Virus record (IMG/VR): IMGVR_UViG_3300036833_000040
Coordinates: 1 to 43,051 of that record
Strand: one strand, 5' to 3'
Source: a virus
Lineage: Duplodnaviria > Caudoviricetes
DNA: 43,051 nucleotides
In this document: one piece after another, positions 25,735 through 35,020 of the stretch
Position numbering within the stretch: the first letter of the stretch is position 1
How the letters are laid out: the number at the start of each line of letters is the position of its first letter
Position numbers and translations under genes: made by a program
Notes under the pieces: generated by a model
The model's input: only the letters and a program-made list of their open reading frames with translations
The model's database searches: none
Told to the model about the DNA's origin: nothing

Positions 25735-26406
25735 TTACCTTATAATTTTTGGCTGATCTTTTCTCTTCAGAATGTTCGATATCGTCATGGCATGCCACTG
25801 ACGACCTTGACGGGTTGGGATGCCTGCGGAGTTCATCTTCTCCGCGATCACGTCCAGCGCCAAGCCTTGATCTCGCATCCTTCTCATCGCTTCCAGAACC
25901 CCCCATTCACCTTCATAGTGGCCGAAGGGCTTCTTGCCCTCGCAGCGATTTCCTGTTGCCCGTATACGCTCCCGCGCAGCCCTCGTCTTCTGAACGATCA
26001 TTGACTTCTCGTATTGAAAGAACGCACCCATCATGTGTCGCACCAATACGCGGCTCGGATCGTCGCTGCACAGATCGGGTTCGTTGACGCTCAGTACGGT
26101 GAGGCCCTTGCGCTTGAAGTCGGCAAGAATGCTCTCCTGCACCATGAGATCGCGGGCTACACGGTCCAGACGCTCTATCACTACGACGTGCGTCCCGTCC
26201 GATAGCAACTCGATCATCATCTCCGCAAAGGCTGGCCGATCTTCCCAGTCGGTCTTACCGCTGACACCCTCCTCGCGGTATATCTTCACGATCTTGAGAT
26301 CATTCGCAGCGGCGTACTTCCTGACCGCCTCTAACTGGCGGGGGAATCCGTCTCCCTCGACCTGTCCCTTACCGCTAACACGGAGATAAGCGAACGCAGG
26401 CTTCAT
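25735..26406 (-). CDS. serine recombinase (resolvase family)
   Basis: AYLRVS..GQ, EEGVSG, ERLDRVARD, C-terminal IPTRQG..W. Confidence 0.92.
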   Translation of the reverse strand: MKPAFAYLRVSGKGQVEGDGFPRQLEAVRKYAAANDLKIVKIYREEGVSGKTDWEDRPAFAEMMIELLSDGTHVVVIERLDRVARDLMVQESILADFKRKGLTVLSVNEPDLCSDDPSRVLVRHMMGAFFQYEKSMIVQKTRAARERIRATGNRCEGKKPFGHYEGEWGVLEAMRRMRDQGLALDVIAEKMNSAGIPTRQGRQWHAMTISNILKRKDQPKIIR

Positions 26407-26684
26407 CGCTTCCGTCCGTAGTTTTTTTCGAGATCAGCCGTCCTTAGCCGAAAGGTATGAGTCTTGTACTTCTCGTGCGAATACAGCAGAAGCAAGTCGG
26501 ATGAATCGCTGAAGCGGTCTACGATGCTGTCCCTGTCTCTTCGGGAGCTTCCATAGCGCACCTCTCCATCGCTCGTCACTAAAAGCAGAGAGCAGTTTTT
26601 GGCTTCACGTATCGTAGAAATTTCAGAGAGCCAATTATCTCCAAGATTAGGGACCGACATATCCGGCCGCAGGGTTATTTTCAT
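26403..26684 (-). CDS. hypothetical protein co-transcribed with the recombinase
   Basis: lower GC; TATAGT 6 nt before ATG; ATGA-coupled to the recombinase. Confidence 0.65.
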   Translation of the reverse strand: MKITLRPDMSVPNLGDNWLSEISTIREAKNCSLLLVTSDGEVRYGSSRRDRDSIVDRFSDSSDLLLLYSHEKYKTHTFRLRTADLEKNYGRKR

Positions 26685-26753
26685 CTCTAAACTATATACA
26701 TTTCCGTAGAAATATATAAGTCATTGATTTTGTTCGGTTGTCTACTGCGAAGC

Positions 26754-26788
26754 AAAAAATAAGCCCTACCTCTCCCGAGACAGGGCTC
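26754..26788 (-). terminator. intrinsic terminator
   Basis: minus strand AGCCCT...AGGGCT followed by TATTTTTT. Confidence 0.6.
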
Positions 26789-26854
26789 TCCGAGTTGCTG
26801 AGCTAACCTTGGATGCTGTTTTTTGTTTTGTGTTCTGATTTTATCAGATCTGCC

Positions 26855-27085
26855 CTATTTCTCTGGATCTGTCTCATCTCCACTATCGCGCTTCTCAAGG
26901 TCACGGATACGCTCAGAGTGGCTTGCACCGAGCCGCAGCACGATAGACTCGAATCGAGCAAAACGCCTGTCCTGCACCTTGTCGTGTTCAACTAGGTCTT
27001 TTACAGATATTCGCAGTTCGCTTACGTCATGCGATAGTAGTTCAACGTTCATGGTGAGGGCGGCGATGCGTTCGTCAATAGTCAT
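26855..27085 (-). CDS. short coiled-coil protein (MTIDER type)
   Basis: MTIDERIAALT...HSERIRDLE; TATAAT 6 nt upstream. Confidence 0.75.
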   Translation of the reverse strand: MTIDERIAALTMNVELLSHDVSELRISVKDLVEHDKVQDRRFARFESIVLRLGASHSERIRDLEKRDSGDETDPEK

Positions 27086-27132
27086 GCGCAGATTATAACC
27101 AGACCCCTCCGCAGTGGTATATTTCAGTCGTA

Positions 27133-27327
27133 ATGCGCATTCAGGCTGAACCATCAGAAATCTTTGCAGAGGTCAACGGTACTCGTTGCCGCGTCTGGAA
27201 CGCAGTCACCGAAGATGGTGTACAGGTATTTCTCTTCGTTTGCCGGGTAGCGGTTCCCAGCGATGGCGAGCTGGCCTTCACCGATGAGCTGATCCCGACC
27301 AAAAACACCGAGATCAAACCCCTATGA
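27133..27327 (+). CDS. hypothetical protein
   Basis: CRVWNAVTEDG motif; ATGA-coupled to the ParB-like gene. Confidence 0.65.
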   Translation: MRIQAEPSEIFAEVNGTRCRVWNAVTEDGVQVFLFVCRVAVPSDGELAFTDELIPTKNTEIKPL

Positions 27328-27971
27328 AAACTAAGGCAGCAGTCTCCGATGCCCTTCCTATCGCTCAGCGCCGCGTCACTGAGCTTCTACCCTCGGCCTA
27401 CAACAGCCGGACACACTCCGACCAGCAGATCGTCCAGATTGCCAACTCAATCAAGGAGTTCGGCTTCTTGGTCCCGGTACTGATCGACCAGCACGACTCG
27501 ATCATTGCAGGGCATGGCCGCGTCATCGCCGCCAAGAAGCTAGAGATGGAGACGGTTCCCTGTATTCAGGTCTCGCACCTGACCGAGGTTCAGAAACGCG
27601 CCTACATTATCGCGGACAATAAGCTGACCGAGCTTGGCGGGTGGGATCAGGAAATCTTAATGCAGGAGTTGAACTTTCTCGACGCCGAGGGCTTCAGGAT
27701 CGAGATGACGGGATTCGATATGTCTACGATCCTCCCGCCCGTCGATGACAATCTGGCCGAGTACATCGGGATGCCCGAATATAACAACGAGCACCAGCTC
27801 GGCATCCGGCACCTCATCGTCCACTTCAACACGAACGAAGCTGTCGACGACTTCGCTAAGCTGGTCGGCCAGTCGATCACGGATCGGACGCGCTTCATCT
27901 GGTATCCGGAGGAGCCGACGGCCGATCTCCATGGAAAGGTCTACGGCGAAGGAGATGTAGGAATAACCTAA
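27324..27971 (+). CDS. ParB/Srx-like N-terminal domain protein
   Basis: NSRTHS..QI..IANSI.EFGF..P, IIAGHGR, AYIIADNKL. Confidence 0.9.
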   Translation: MKTKAAVSDALPIAQRRVTELLPSAYNSRTHSDQQIVQIANSIKEFGFLVPVLIDQHDSIIAGHGRVIAAKKLEMETVPCIQVSHLTEVQKRAYIIADNKLTELGGWDQEILMQELNFLDAEGFRIEMTGFDMSTILPPVDDNLAEYIGMPEYNNEHQLGIRHLIVHFNTNEAVDDFAKLVGQSITDRTRFIWYPEEPTADLHGKVYGEGDVGIT

Positions 27972-28109
27972 GAGCCTTCTCCATGAGATCGCGGAATCGA
28001 ATTTCGGCTTCGTCTTCCCACGTCAGCGGAGTCGCTTGGCGTGGCGTCAATCCATCAAGATTCATCATGAGATAAATTTTATGAGGCTGCGCAAGTGGAC
28101 TCTAACACT

Positions 28110-28979
28110 ATGAAGATCCAGCAACGCTTCCCTATCTTTATCCCCACCCTGAGCCGCTACGACACGCGGATGACGATGAAGGCTCTGGAACGCATGGGCG
28201 TCGAAGAGTGGTACGCCGTAGTCGAGCCGCAGGAGTTCGATCTCTACGCCGAGCACATCGACAAGCTCCACCTGATCACGCTCGATCTCGCGTACAAGCA
28301 GCGATACAAGACGCTCGACTCGCTGGGTACGACGAAGAGTGTAGGCTCAGGCGCGGCCAGGAATTTTATTTGGGATACCGCCGTGAAGATGGGCCATCCG
28401 TGGCACTGGATCATGGATGACAACATTCGCAAGTTCTGCCGCTATAACAACAACATCTATCACGAAGTTCTCTCACCGGCCTTCTTCCGCATCATGGAAG
28501 ACTTTGTCCTTCGCTATGAGAACGTGGCGATGGCGGGGCCAAACTACTGCATGTTCGTAGCGCGAAAGAAGCACTACAACCCCATTATCATGAACACGCG
28601 CATCTACTCCTGCAATCTGATTCGCAACGATCTGCCGTTTCGCTGGCGTGGGCGCTACAACGAGGACACGATCCTGAGCCTCGATATGCTGACGGCGGGA
28701 TGGTGTACGGTTCAGTTCAATACCTTCCTTCAGGACAAGCAGCCGACGCAGACGATGAAGGGTGGAAACATGGTCGAAATCTACGCGCATGGGACGAAGG
28801 ACAAGACGATGATGCTGGTCCGCGAGTTCCCCCAGCTGGCGCGGCCTGTCTACAAGTTCAGCCGCTTCCATCACCACGTCGATTACACTGGGTTCAAGAA
28901 GACGAAGCTGAAGCGGAAACGCGGCGTCGAGATCCCCACCGAGATCAACGACTACGGCCTTGAGCTTCGCATCCGTTGA
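28110..28979 (+). CDS. GT-A fold glycosyltransferase (TET-associated/GREB1-like type), putative DNA modification
   Basis: PIFIPT..R, VVEPQE...Y, GSGAARN, WIMDDNI, NTRIYSCNLI, GRYNEDT, KGGN. Confidence 0.8.
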   Translation: MKIQQRFPIFIPTLSRYDTRMTMKALERMGVEEWYAVVEPQEFDLYAEHIDKLHLITLDLAYKQRYKTLDSLGTTKSVGSGAARNFIWDTAVKMGHPWHWIMDDNIRKFCRYNNNIYHEVLSPAFFRIMEDFVLRYENVAMAGPNYCMFVARKKHYNPIIMNTRIYSCNLIRNDLPFRWRGRYNEDTILSLDMLTAGWCTVQFNTFLQDKQPTQTMKGGNMVEIYAHGTKDKTMMLVREFPQLARPVYKFSRFHHHVDYTGFKKTKLKRKRGVEIPTEINDYGLELRIR

Positions 28980-29026
28980 GATATTATTCTCCTACAGGCT
29001 TTCGCAGGAGCCTTTCAGGAGATGAG

Positions 29027-29317
29027 ATGAATACAGCACCAATTTGGGGACCGATTCTGGCAATCGTGCTGGCAGCCCTTTGGAACCAGTTTTCCCTTAG
29101 CGGATTCCGTAAAGAGATGAAGGACGAACTCGGCCAAGTTAAGGCAGACGTTGACGCTCGTCTCAATAAACTCGATGCAAAAATTGAGGAACGGTTTGAA
29201 AAAATTGACGAACGATTTGATAAAGTCGATAAGCGGTTCGATTTAGTTGATGCTGAGATGCGCTTCTTTCATAATGTGAGTGGCCGCGTCGATGAACTCT
29301 CGAAGCGAGTCAAATAA
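29027..29317 (+). CDS. N-terminal membrane anchor + coiled-coil protein (paralog B)
   Basis: AGGAG RBS; TM helix then RFEKIDERFDKVDKRFD heptads. Confidence 0.75.
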   Translation: MNTAPIWGPILAIVLAALWNQFSLSGFRKEMKDELGQVKADVDARLNKLDAKIEERFEKIDERFDKVDKRFDLVDAEMRFFHNVSGRVDELSKRVK

Positions 29318-29322
29318 TCCCC

Positions 29323-29538
29323 CTAAAACTTCACCCCTACGACGCGATAGCTCCGGTACGAGACGGTGACGATCTCTTCCTTCTCTATCGGGGGATTCGC
29401 TTGACAGTCGGGACAGTCGGGCCTGCGAGGCACTTCGATAGGTCGCTGAAGCCGTTCGTTCCAGATGGCGGGATGAAGCTCTCTGACGAATAAGCGGCCA
29501 CATAACTCGCAGACCTTCAACTCGGAATCAAGCGCCAT
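29323..29538 (-). CDS. small Zn-binding hypothetical protein
   Basis: CELC...CPDC; overlaps portal stop. Confidence 0.6.
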   Translation of the reverse strand: MALDSELKVCELCGRLFVRELHPAIWNERLQRPIEVPRRPDCPDCQANPPIEKEEIVTVSYRSYRVVGVKF

Positions 29539-31036
29539 TCTCCCCCTCCTGTGGTGCAGGAAGCTCCCTCGGCATCTCAGGGATCTCTACCTCGCTCTCA
29601 CCTTCGCCTTTAGCAGCTTGGATTGCGGCGACCTCTTCGGCTACGGGCGGCATCAGCCCGCCTGCGTTCTCGATATCCTCATCCGTAATGTTGGACCAGA
29701 CGCCAGTGACCGAGGCTGAGGCACGAAGCTCCTCCAGCGCCGTCTTCTGGCTCACCCCCATATCGACACCCGCACTGACTGTCTGCGTCACCGATAGAGC
29801 AATCGCCGCCCGCTCACTCTCGCTGAGCAGCCAGAGTGGCCGGAACTTGATGCCGTAGCCCTCTGGCGGCGTAATGCCGCAGGAGTGGGCCAGAGCGCGA
29901 TAGATCACCGTCACACCCGTCTTCATCTCGCGGTTCTGCTGGTTCGCTACACCCTCATAGTAAGTACGGAGGTCTGACTCTCCGGTGGAGTTCAAGCCGA
30001 CGGGCGATTGGCCGAATAACCGCACCAGCGGGATCTGCAACGCGCCGGAGATCTGTTGCCCGAAGTGGACCAGCACCTCGGACAGGCCACCGAAGGCGGC
30101 ATGCTGAAACGCCTCGAACTTGTCTTCGGCGTCGATCAGCGTAATGCCCTCGATCGACTGGAACCGCGCCATCATAGAGATATACTGCGCCAGCCCCTGA
30201 AGCGCGTCGCCGCCCGTCGAAGCTAACTCGCGGAGATCCTTCACCGCATACGTTCGCAGGTAGCTCTTGTAGACCAGCTGCGCCGCGCCCTGCGTCGTTG
30301 AGTCAAAGGCCAGCAGGCGATCATAGAGCCGTTCCAGTACAGACTGACTCCACAGGTTCTCGACGACGCGCTGGTAGTACGGCAGGCGATTGCCGTCCAT
30401 CCGCATGACTCGCGTGTAGTGAATCCTCTGGTGGCGCAGCGTAGGAGCCTCAGCCATGACGCGGTAATACTTGGGCAGGCCGAGCGATGGTCCCGGCTCC
30501 TGTACGAGATCGTTCAGGCTGGGATCGACCATCCAGCGGTCCAGCGGAAGGATTCCGCGGAACTCTCCCTTGCCAATAGTTTCGAGCCGCAGCGGTGTCG
30601 AGTAGTCCTGTCCATCGACGAGGTAGACACCGATAGAACCGCCATAGAGCCGCGCCCACGCCGCCGTATCGCGCAGATGCCCCCAAACGTTGAGCACCTG
30701 TGCCGCCTCCTCAATGATCTCCTGATCCTGCGGGCTGACGTCGCCGGTGATCTCAACCCCGTTTCGCGTCATATCGTCGGGAATGATATCGACGGCAAGG
30801 CCGGCAATCCATGACCCGCGATGAATCCACTCCAGCAGCGTCCGTTCCCGCGTAATCGGGTTGAAGCCGTAGGTGCCGCCTGCGGATAGATTGTCGGTAT
30901 TGATGCCGATCTTAGCGGCGAGATTCTGAAAGCTGTCTACGGTTCGCCGGTGTCCGTTGCCGCCCGTCTTGGCGCGAGTCTTCTCCGCACTAATCTCTGC
31001 TCGGCGTGCGGACTTGACGCTGACTTTATTGGTCAT
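29528..31036 (-). CDS. portal protein (DUF1073 type)
   Basis: start MTNKVS at 31036 with GGAGG RBS; VDIIPDDMTR, WARLYGG, IPLVRLFGQSP.GLNSTGESD. Confidence 0.92.
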   Translation of the reverse strand: MTNKVSVKSARRAEISAEKTRAKTGGNGHRRTVDSFQNLAAKIGINTDNLSAGGTYGFNPITRERTLLEWIHRGSWIAGLAVDIIPDDMTRNGVEITGDVSPQDQEIIEEAAQVLNVWGHLRDTAAWARLYGGSIGVYLVDGQDYSTPLRLETIGKGEFRGILPLDRWMVDPSLNDLVQEPGPSLGLPKYYRVMAEAPTLRHQRIHYTRVMRMDGNRLPYYQRVVENLWSQSVLERLYDRLLAFDSTTQGAAQLVYKSYLRTYAVKDLRELASTGGDALQGLAQYISMMARFQSIEGITLIDAEDKFEAFQHAAFGGLSEVLVHFGQQISGALQIPLVRLFGQSPVGLNSTGESDLRTYYEGVANQQNREMKTGVTVIYRALAHSCGITPPEGYGIKFRPLWLLSESERAAIALSVTQTVSAGVDMGVSQKTALEELRASASVTGVWSNITDEDIENAGGLMPPVAEEVAAIQAAKGEGESEVEIPEMPRELPAPQEGENGA

Positions 31037-31259
31037 CGCTACGACCTCCCCGCAGTAGCGCCTCGGCTGCATCGTTGATGCCCTGCATATAGCAGCTTTG
31101 CGCCAGTAGAGAGAGATGACCAGTTCGCGCTCCCTCAGCGAGATACGCCCCGACGAACCCCTCGGTACGCTCCTTCGCAATCTCGACCATCCGGACTGGA
31201 GGGATGAAGCCCACCACATCGAAGCGGTCACCTATTCGTGCGCGTGCTCGTCTCATCAA
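31026..31259 (-). CDS. hypothetical protein
   Basis: LAQSCYMQGINDA; between TerL and portal. Confidence 0.55.
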   Translation of the reverse strand: MMRRARARIGDRFDVVGFIPPVRMVEIAKERTEGFVGAYLAEGARTGHLSLLAQSCYMQGINDAAEALLRGGRSDDQ

Positions 31260-31479
31260 GACTCTCCTCCTCGGAAACTACCCTATCGCAACGCATCTGC
31301 AAGGCGTCGCGGTAGGAGCACATTGCCGAAAGCTGCCAGCGTAGTATTACCCGCTCATCAGACGGCAGGGTTATAAACACCACAGAATGATCGATGAAGG
31401 TGCGCAGCTTCTTAATCTTCTCCTGCAACTTGTTGTGCTCGTAGAATAGCCGCTTCGCAACTGCTTCGCTGGACTGCAT
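31228..31479 (-). CDS. small helical phage protein (crAss001_48-like)
   Basis: E...L.EKI.KL..FI....F..L...E...L..QL.AM..Y...L..R. Confidence 0.65.
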   Translation of the reverse strand: MQSSEAVAKRLFYEHNKLQEKIKKLRTFIDHSVVFITLPSDERVILRWQLSAMCSYRDALQMRCDRVVSEEESLDETSTRTNR

Positions 31480-31488
31480 AATAGACTC

Positions 31489-32826
31489 CTACTGCGCGAG
31501 GCGTTTCCAGATACCCAGCTTGCCGCGTTGCTGTATGAAATCTGACAGCGCATAGCGCACGGCGTCGACGCAATGGTTAAACCTGTCCACTATGATCGGC
31601 AGGACTTCGCCCGTCATCCGATCTATTTTGTAACTGTACAACTTAAACTCTTCGGCCGTGTGCGGACAATAATCTTTATGAATGTGAATCTGCACAAAGC
31701 CGCGCAGGTGCTTGATGCCGTCGATGATCGAGCCGTCCCACTTTTCTGCTGCGGTGATGCGTAGGCCAGCGTTGCGGCGCAGGTAGCTGATGTGCTCAGG
31801 CCGCGCTGAGTCGGCCTTGATAGGCCACTGGTGCGCAGTCTCGATCCTGTCGAAGAGTCCCGGCTTCGAGTCCGGATTGTTCGGATCACGCGCCAGTTCG
31901 TTGATCTCGACTCCTATCCCCCAAGCTTCGCGGTCAATCCATAGCTCCTCGTACGGTGGCTGCCCGGTGATGAACATCCGCACCATGCACGTCGGATCTT
32001 GCGCGAATCCCCAATCGACGCCGTGGTAGAAACGCGCACCATAGGGAGACTCGAAGGTGTGGACGCTGTACTTGCTGCGGAAGATCGCCGCCTCGGCATG
32101 TTTCCGAAGCTCGCCATCCCAGACGTGGGCTGCGGCTTCGGGATCGACCAAGAAGAGGTGATCCTTTTCCAGCGTAAGCTCCGGACTCATCCAGAGGTTG
32201 TCGCGCCAGTTGAGCGTGATGTGAATCGTGCCGGGTGGAGGGTTCTCGTGAAATCGCCTGTAGGTCGCGTCCGACGCCAGATTCGGGTTATAGACGATCC
32301 AGATCTCAGAGCCGCGCTTGCGAATCGTCGGGATCAGTAGCTGCCAGCTTTCATCCGTGGTTGACTCTGCTTCCTCGACCCAGCAGATATCGATGCCCTC
32401 GAAGCTCTTGATCTTCGTGCGGCTCATCTTCTGCGTGATATCGTTCAGGCCGATAAAGGTAAACTCGCTGCCGTTGTAGGCGCGGATGTTGCGCTTGGTT
32501 ACGGTGAACCACGCCCCCATCCCCATCTGCTCGATCTGATCCTTGAGCAGCTTATAGACCGAGTCCTCGATCGAACTCATGAACTCGCGGGCGCAGAGGA
32601 CGCGAATCCGCTTCTCCAGCGCCATGATCAGCAGGGCGCGAGCGACACCCCAACTCTTCATCCCGCCCCGGCCACCTTCAAGCACCTTGTACCGGGCAGG
32701 CAGAAAGAGGCTGTCAGCCAGCTTCTCGTGAAACTGAATTGTGTGTGTAGAGGGTACGGGGATGAGACCGCCGCCATAGGCCGCTAACGGATCTTGCTCG
32801 CCCCCGTAGTATGCAAAGGATGCCAT
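31489..32826 (-). CDS. terminase large subunit (PBSX type)
   Basis: GGRGGMKS Walker A, CWVEEA Walker B, DWGF..DP, DSARPE, NH.VDAVRYA. Confidence 0.95.
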   Translation of the reverse strand: MASFAYYGGEQDPLAAYGGGLIPVPSTHTIQFHEKLADSLFLPARYKVLEGGRGGMKSWGVARALLIMALEKRIRVLCAREFMSSIEDSVYKLLKDQIEQMGMGAWFTVTKRNIRAYNGSEFTFIGLNDITQKMSRTKIKSFEGIDICWVEEAESTTDESWQLLIPTIRKRGSEIWIVYNPNLASDATYRRFHENPPPGTIHITLNWRDNLWMSPELTLEKDHLFLVDPEAAAHVWDGELRKHAEAAIFRSKYSVHTFESPYGARFYHGVDWGFAQDPTCMVRMFITGQPPYEELWIDREAWGIGVEINELARDPNNPDSKPGLFDRIETAHQWPIKADSARPEHISYLRRNAGLRITAAEKWDGSIIDGIKHLRGFVQIHIHKDYCPHTAEEFKLYSYKIDRMTGEVLPIIVDRFNHCVDAVRYALSDFIQQRGKLGIWKRLAQ

Positions 32827-32831
32827 CGCAT

Positions 32832-33116
32832 CTAGGTTTGGACCGCTATTGCTTCGCCATGCGGAGACGCTACGTATTCCTCGTCATGCTCCGGCCAGCC
32901 GCCAGAGATGGCCAGCACCTGACCGAGTGGGGCGAACATAGCGACCCGCGCTCCAGCTTCATCAAGCTCCCGCCAGCGGATACCGGCATGAGGAACGCTG
33001 TCCTGCGTCAGGCTGAACTCGTAGTTGACGCCTTCGAGCGTACCCTCTTCGATATCGTGCCAGCCGTCGGCCAAGAGGACCGCCGTAGCCTTACTGTTGT
33101 CGAATAGATCGCGCAT
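32832..33116 (-). CDS. hypothetical protein
   Basis: TAVLLADGWH motif. Confidence 0.6.
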   Translation of the reverse strand: MRDLFDNSKATAVLLADGWHDIEEGTLEGVNYEFSLTQDSVPHAGIRWRELDEAGARVAMFAPLGQVLAISGGWPEHDEEYVASPHGEAIAVQT

Positions 33117-33150
33117 TCATTCCCCCATTTCACACAGAGATTACAGCCGC

Positions 33151-33438
33151 TTATTGCACCCTCGGCCCTCCGAAGAACGCATCGACGCCAGCCGTATCGT
33201 CGAATCCGATCTCAACGCAGAGTCTTCCTACAGCATCCTCAAACTTCTTTATCGAGATATCCTGCTTGAGTTTCAACATCTTCTGCGACTCAGCCATGAG
33301 TGCAATAGCGACGAGAGCGAAGACGACCGTGTTTTCTGCGGAGATCGTGTTGACGCCTCCCATGTCCTCGACGCTGAGACGCCGGTGGACCTCCCGCACT
33401 TCCATGTCAGCCTGCTTCATCAGATCGAGGATCTTCAT
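33151..33438 (-). CDS. hypothetical protein
   Basis: overlaps the TerS-like stop. Confidence 0.55.
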   Translation of the reverse strand: MKILDLMKQADMEVREVHRRLSVEDMGGVNTISAENTVVFALVAIALMAESQKMLKLKQDISIKKFEDAVGRLCVEIGFDDTAGVDAFFGGPRVQ

Positions 33439-34061
33439 GCGATTACCACCGCATCGGGATTATCGCGCCGGAACCGCTCGACCTGCTCCTCCGGAATGTA
33501 GCCGTAGCGCCCGTCACCCATCTGGACGCCAACCATCTTCCGACCCGGCCTGATCACCTGTATCTCGAACCTTGGCACGAACTCCGGCAGAATCGAGTCC
33601 ATCTCCTCCTCCGGAATCGCCCTCGCCTTACGCTCGATATCCGCAGCCGCCCGCATAATGGCCACTACATCAATCGGACGCATCTTGGCGATCTCCGTCT
33701 CCGTCATCTTCAGGATGCGGTTCTGCGCTCTCGACTGCATCTGCATCGCTAGAACGGTCATGCGCTCACGCATGCCTGCGGTGCCGAGGATGACTCGCTC
33801 GTTAGTGATCCGCGCCTCGTGGCGGTCATAGGCAAGGACGCGCATCCTCCACTGATCACGAGCGGCCCAGCGATTGATCAAAGCTTCTGACTTCCTCAAC
33901 TTCTCTGCTACCTTGACTAAACTCCGCGCCAGACCCATCCTGCGATACTCTTCGAACGCCTCGAACGAGCGATCGGACTCGCTATCTTGGCGTTCCCAAG
34001 GGTATAAGGCGACCAGCTCGGCTTGTGGAACAGTAGCCATCGTGGGGTTTGATTTTGCCAT
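33435..34061 (-). CDS. terminase small subunit-like HTH protein
   Basis: PWERQ..ES...FEAF..YR.MG..RSL..VA...RW.....W..R..AYD; upstream of TerL. Confidence 0.7.
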   Translation of the reverse strand: MAKSNPTMATVPQAELVALYPWERQDSESDRSFEAFEEYRRMGLARSLVKVAEKLRKSEALINRWAARDQWRMRVLAYDRHEARITNERVILGTAGMRERMTVLAMQMQSRAQNRILKMTETEIAKMRPIDVVAIMRAAADIERKARAIPEEEMDSILPEFVPRFEIQVIRPGRKMVGVQMGDGRYGYIPEEQVERFRRDNPDAVVIA

Positions 34062-34080
34062 GAACCAAGGGTTGAGTGCA

Positions 34081-34101
34081 ATTTTCCGGTAACCGGAAAA
34101 T
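34081..34101. repeat. dispersed palindrome copy 4 (ATTTTCCGG-TAA-CCGGAAAAT)
   Basis: 20 bp upstream of the TerS-like start. Confidence 0.9.
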
Positions 34102-34515
34102 CCTATCGTACCGAAAACGGGCTGTAGAGAGCCGCAGGAATCGCTCCTGTAGCGTCGCGCAGGAGTTCTATGGGGATAGCTCTGCCCGGTATCTTACGAG
34201 CTTCCCTGAACGAAGTACAGCAGCATAGCGGTGATTCACAGTGACGGCCCACGCACCTGACCAGACGCGAGTGCGACTTCGAGCCAGAGTGGATAACGCC
34301 ACCCTTGCAGTGTTCGCTCTCCGGATGTGGGCAGCAGGAGTTCATAGTCCGATCAAGGTCTGAAACAGCAGGCCGACGCCGATTGCGATACCGAAGCCAA
34401 TAGATGTGACTGCAATCATGCGGCGGTGGCGTTCGCGGCGTTCCCGGCTCTCCATCGCGTTGAAGTACCTTTGTTCCTCGTATTTCGTCCACGTACTCAT
34501 CGTTCACCCTCCCAC

Positions 34516-34758
34516 TCACACCTCTCCCAGATATTCGTAGACACGTAGCTGAATCCCGCTATCATCGGCCAGCGTACCATCCTCGCGTAGATAAGCAATC
34601 AGAGTCAGATTCAGTTGTCCGGCGTAGAACATCACATAGTCCTGCCCTATGCGAGAGACCCACATCGTACTCGATGGCCGTCCGGCTTTAGCTAATACGA
34701 CAATCGTTGCCGGCTTCAGTTCGTTTACCTTGAGTTCCCTGCCAATCTCGTTAGTCAT
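34516..34758 (-). CDS. hypothetical protein
   Basis: coupled small ORF. Confidence 0.6.
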   Translation of the reverse strand: MTNEIGRELKVNELKPATIVVLAKAGRPSSTMWVSRIGQDYVMFYAGQLNLTLIAYLREDGTLADDSGIQLRVYEYLGEV

Positions 34759-35020
34759 CAGTCACCATTGTACGAAGGACGGCAGCGAATAGAATCATAC
34801 AGGCGCGGCAGAGCGTAGGCCGGAGATCGGGATTCTCACGGTGGTAGCTGAATCCCTTCGGGCTGATACCTACATCGGCGCCACAGGAAAGACAGAGTAC
34901 ACGGACAGCATCTGCGTTCTTGTTCGGCCACGGCCCGCAGAGGATGGGGAAGGGTGAATTAGGATCGTCCGGCTTCTCTACCCGGGTTCCTGCGTCGTCG
35001 ATGAAATAGCCATCGCTCAT
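34751..35020 (-). CDS. hypothetical protein with two CxxC motifs
   Basis: CLSC...CRAC; ATGA-coupled. Confidence 0.6.
   Translation of the reverse strand: MSDGYFIDDAGTRVEKPDDPNSPFPILCGPWPNKNADAVRVLCLSCGADVGISPKGFSYHRENPDLRPTLCRACMILFAAVLRTMVTDD

Noticed and set aside
25735-26406. Serine recombinase as the phage integrase
   Set aside because: Only 223 aa, lacks the long C-terminal region of large serine integrases; no att site identifiable
29528-31036. Portal could be labelled anti-CBASS Acb1 family
   Set aside because: Size, motifs and position after TerL indicate a DUF1073 portal; no HxT phosphoesterase domain was recognised
34103-34519. 138-aa ORF upstream of the TerS-like gene
   Set aside because: Looks like a composite of smaller ORFs in different frames; could not be resolved confidently
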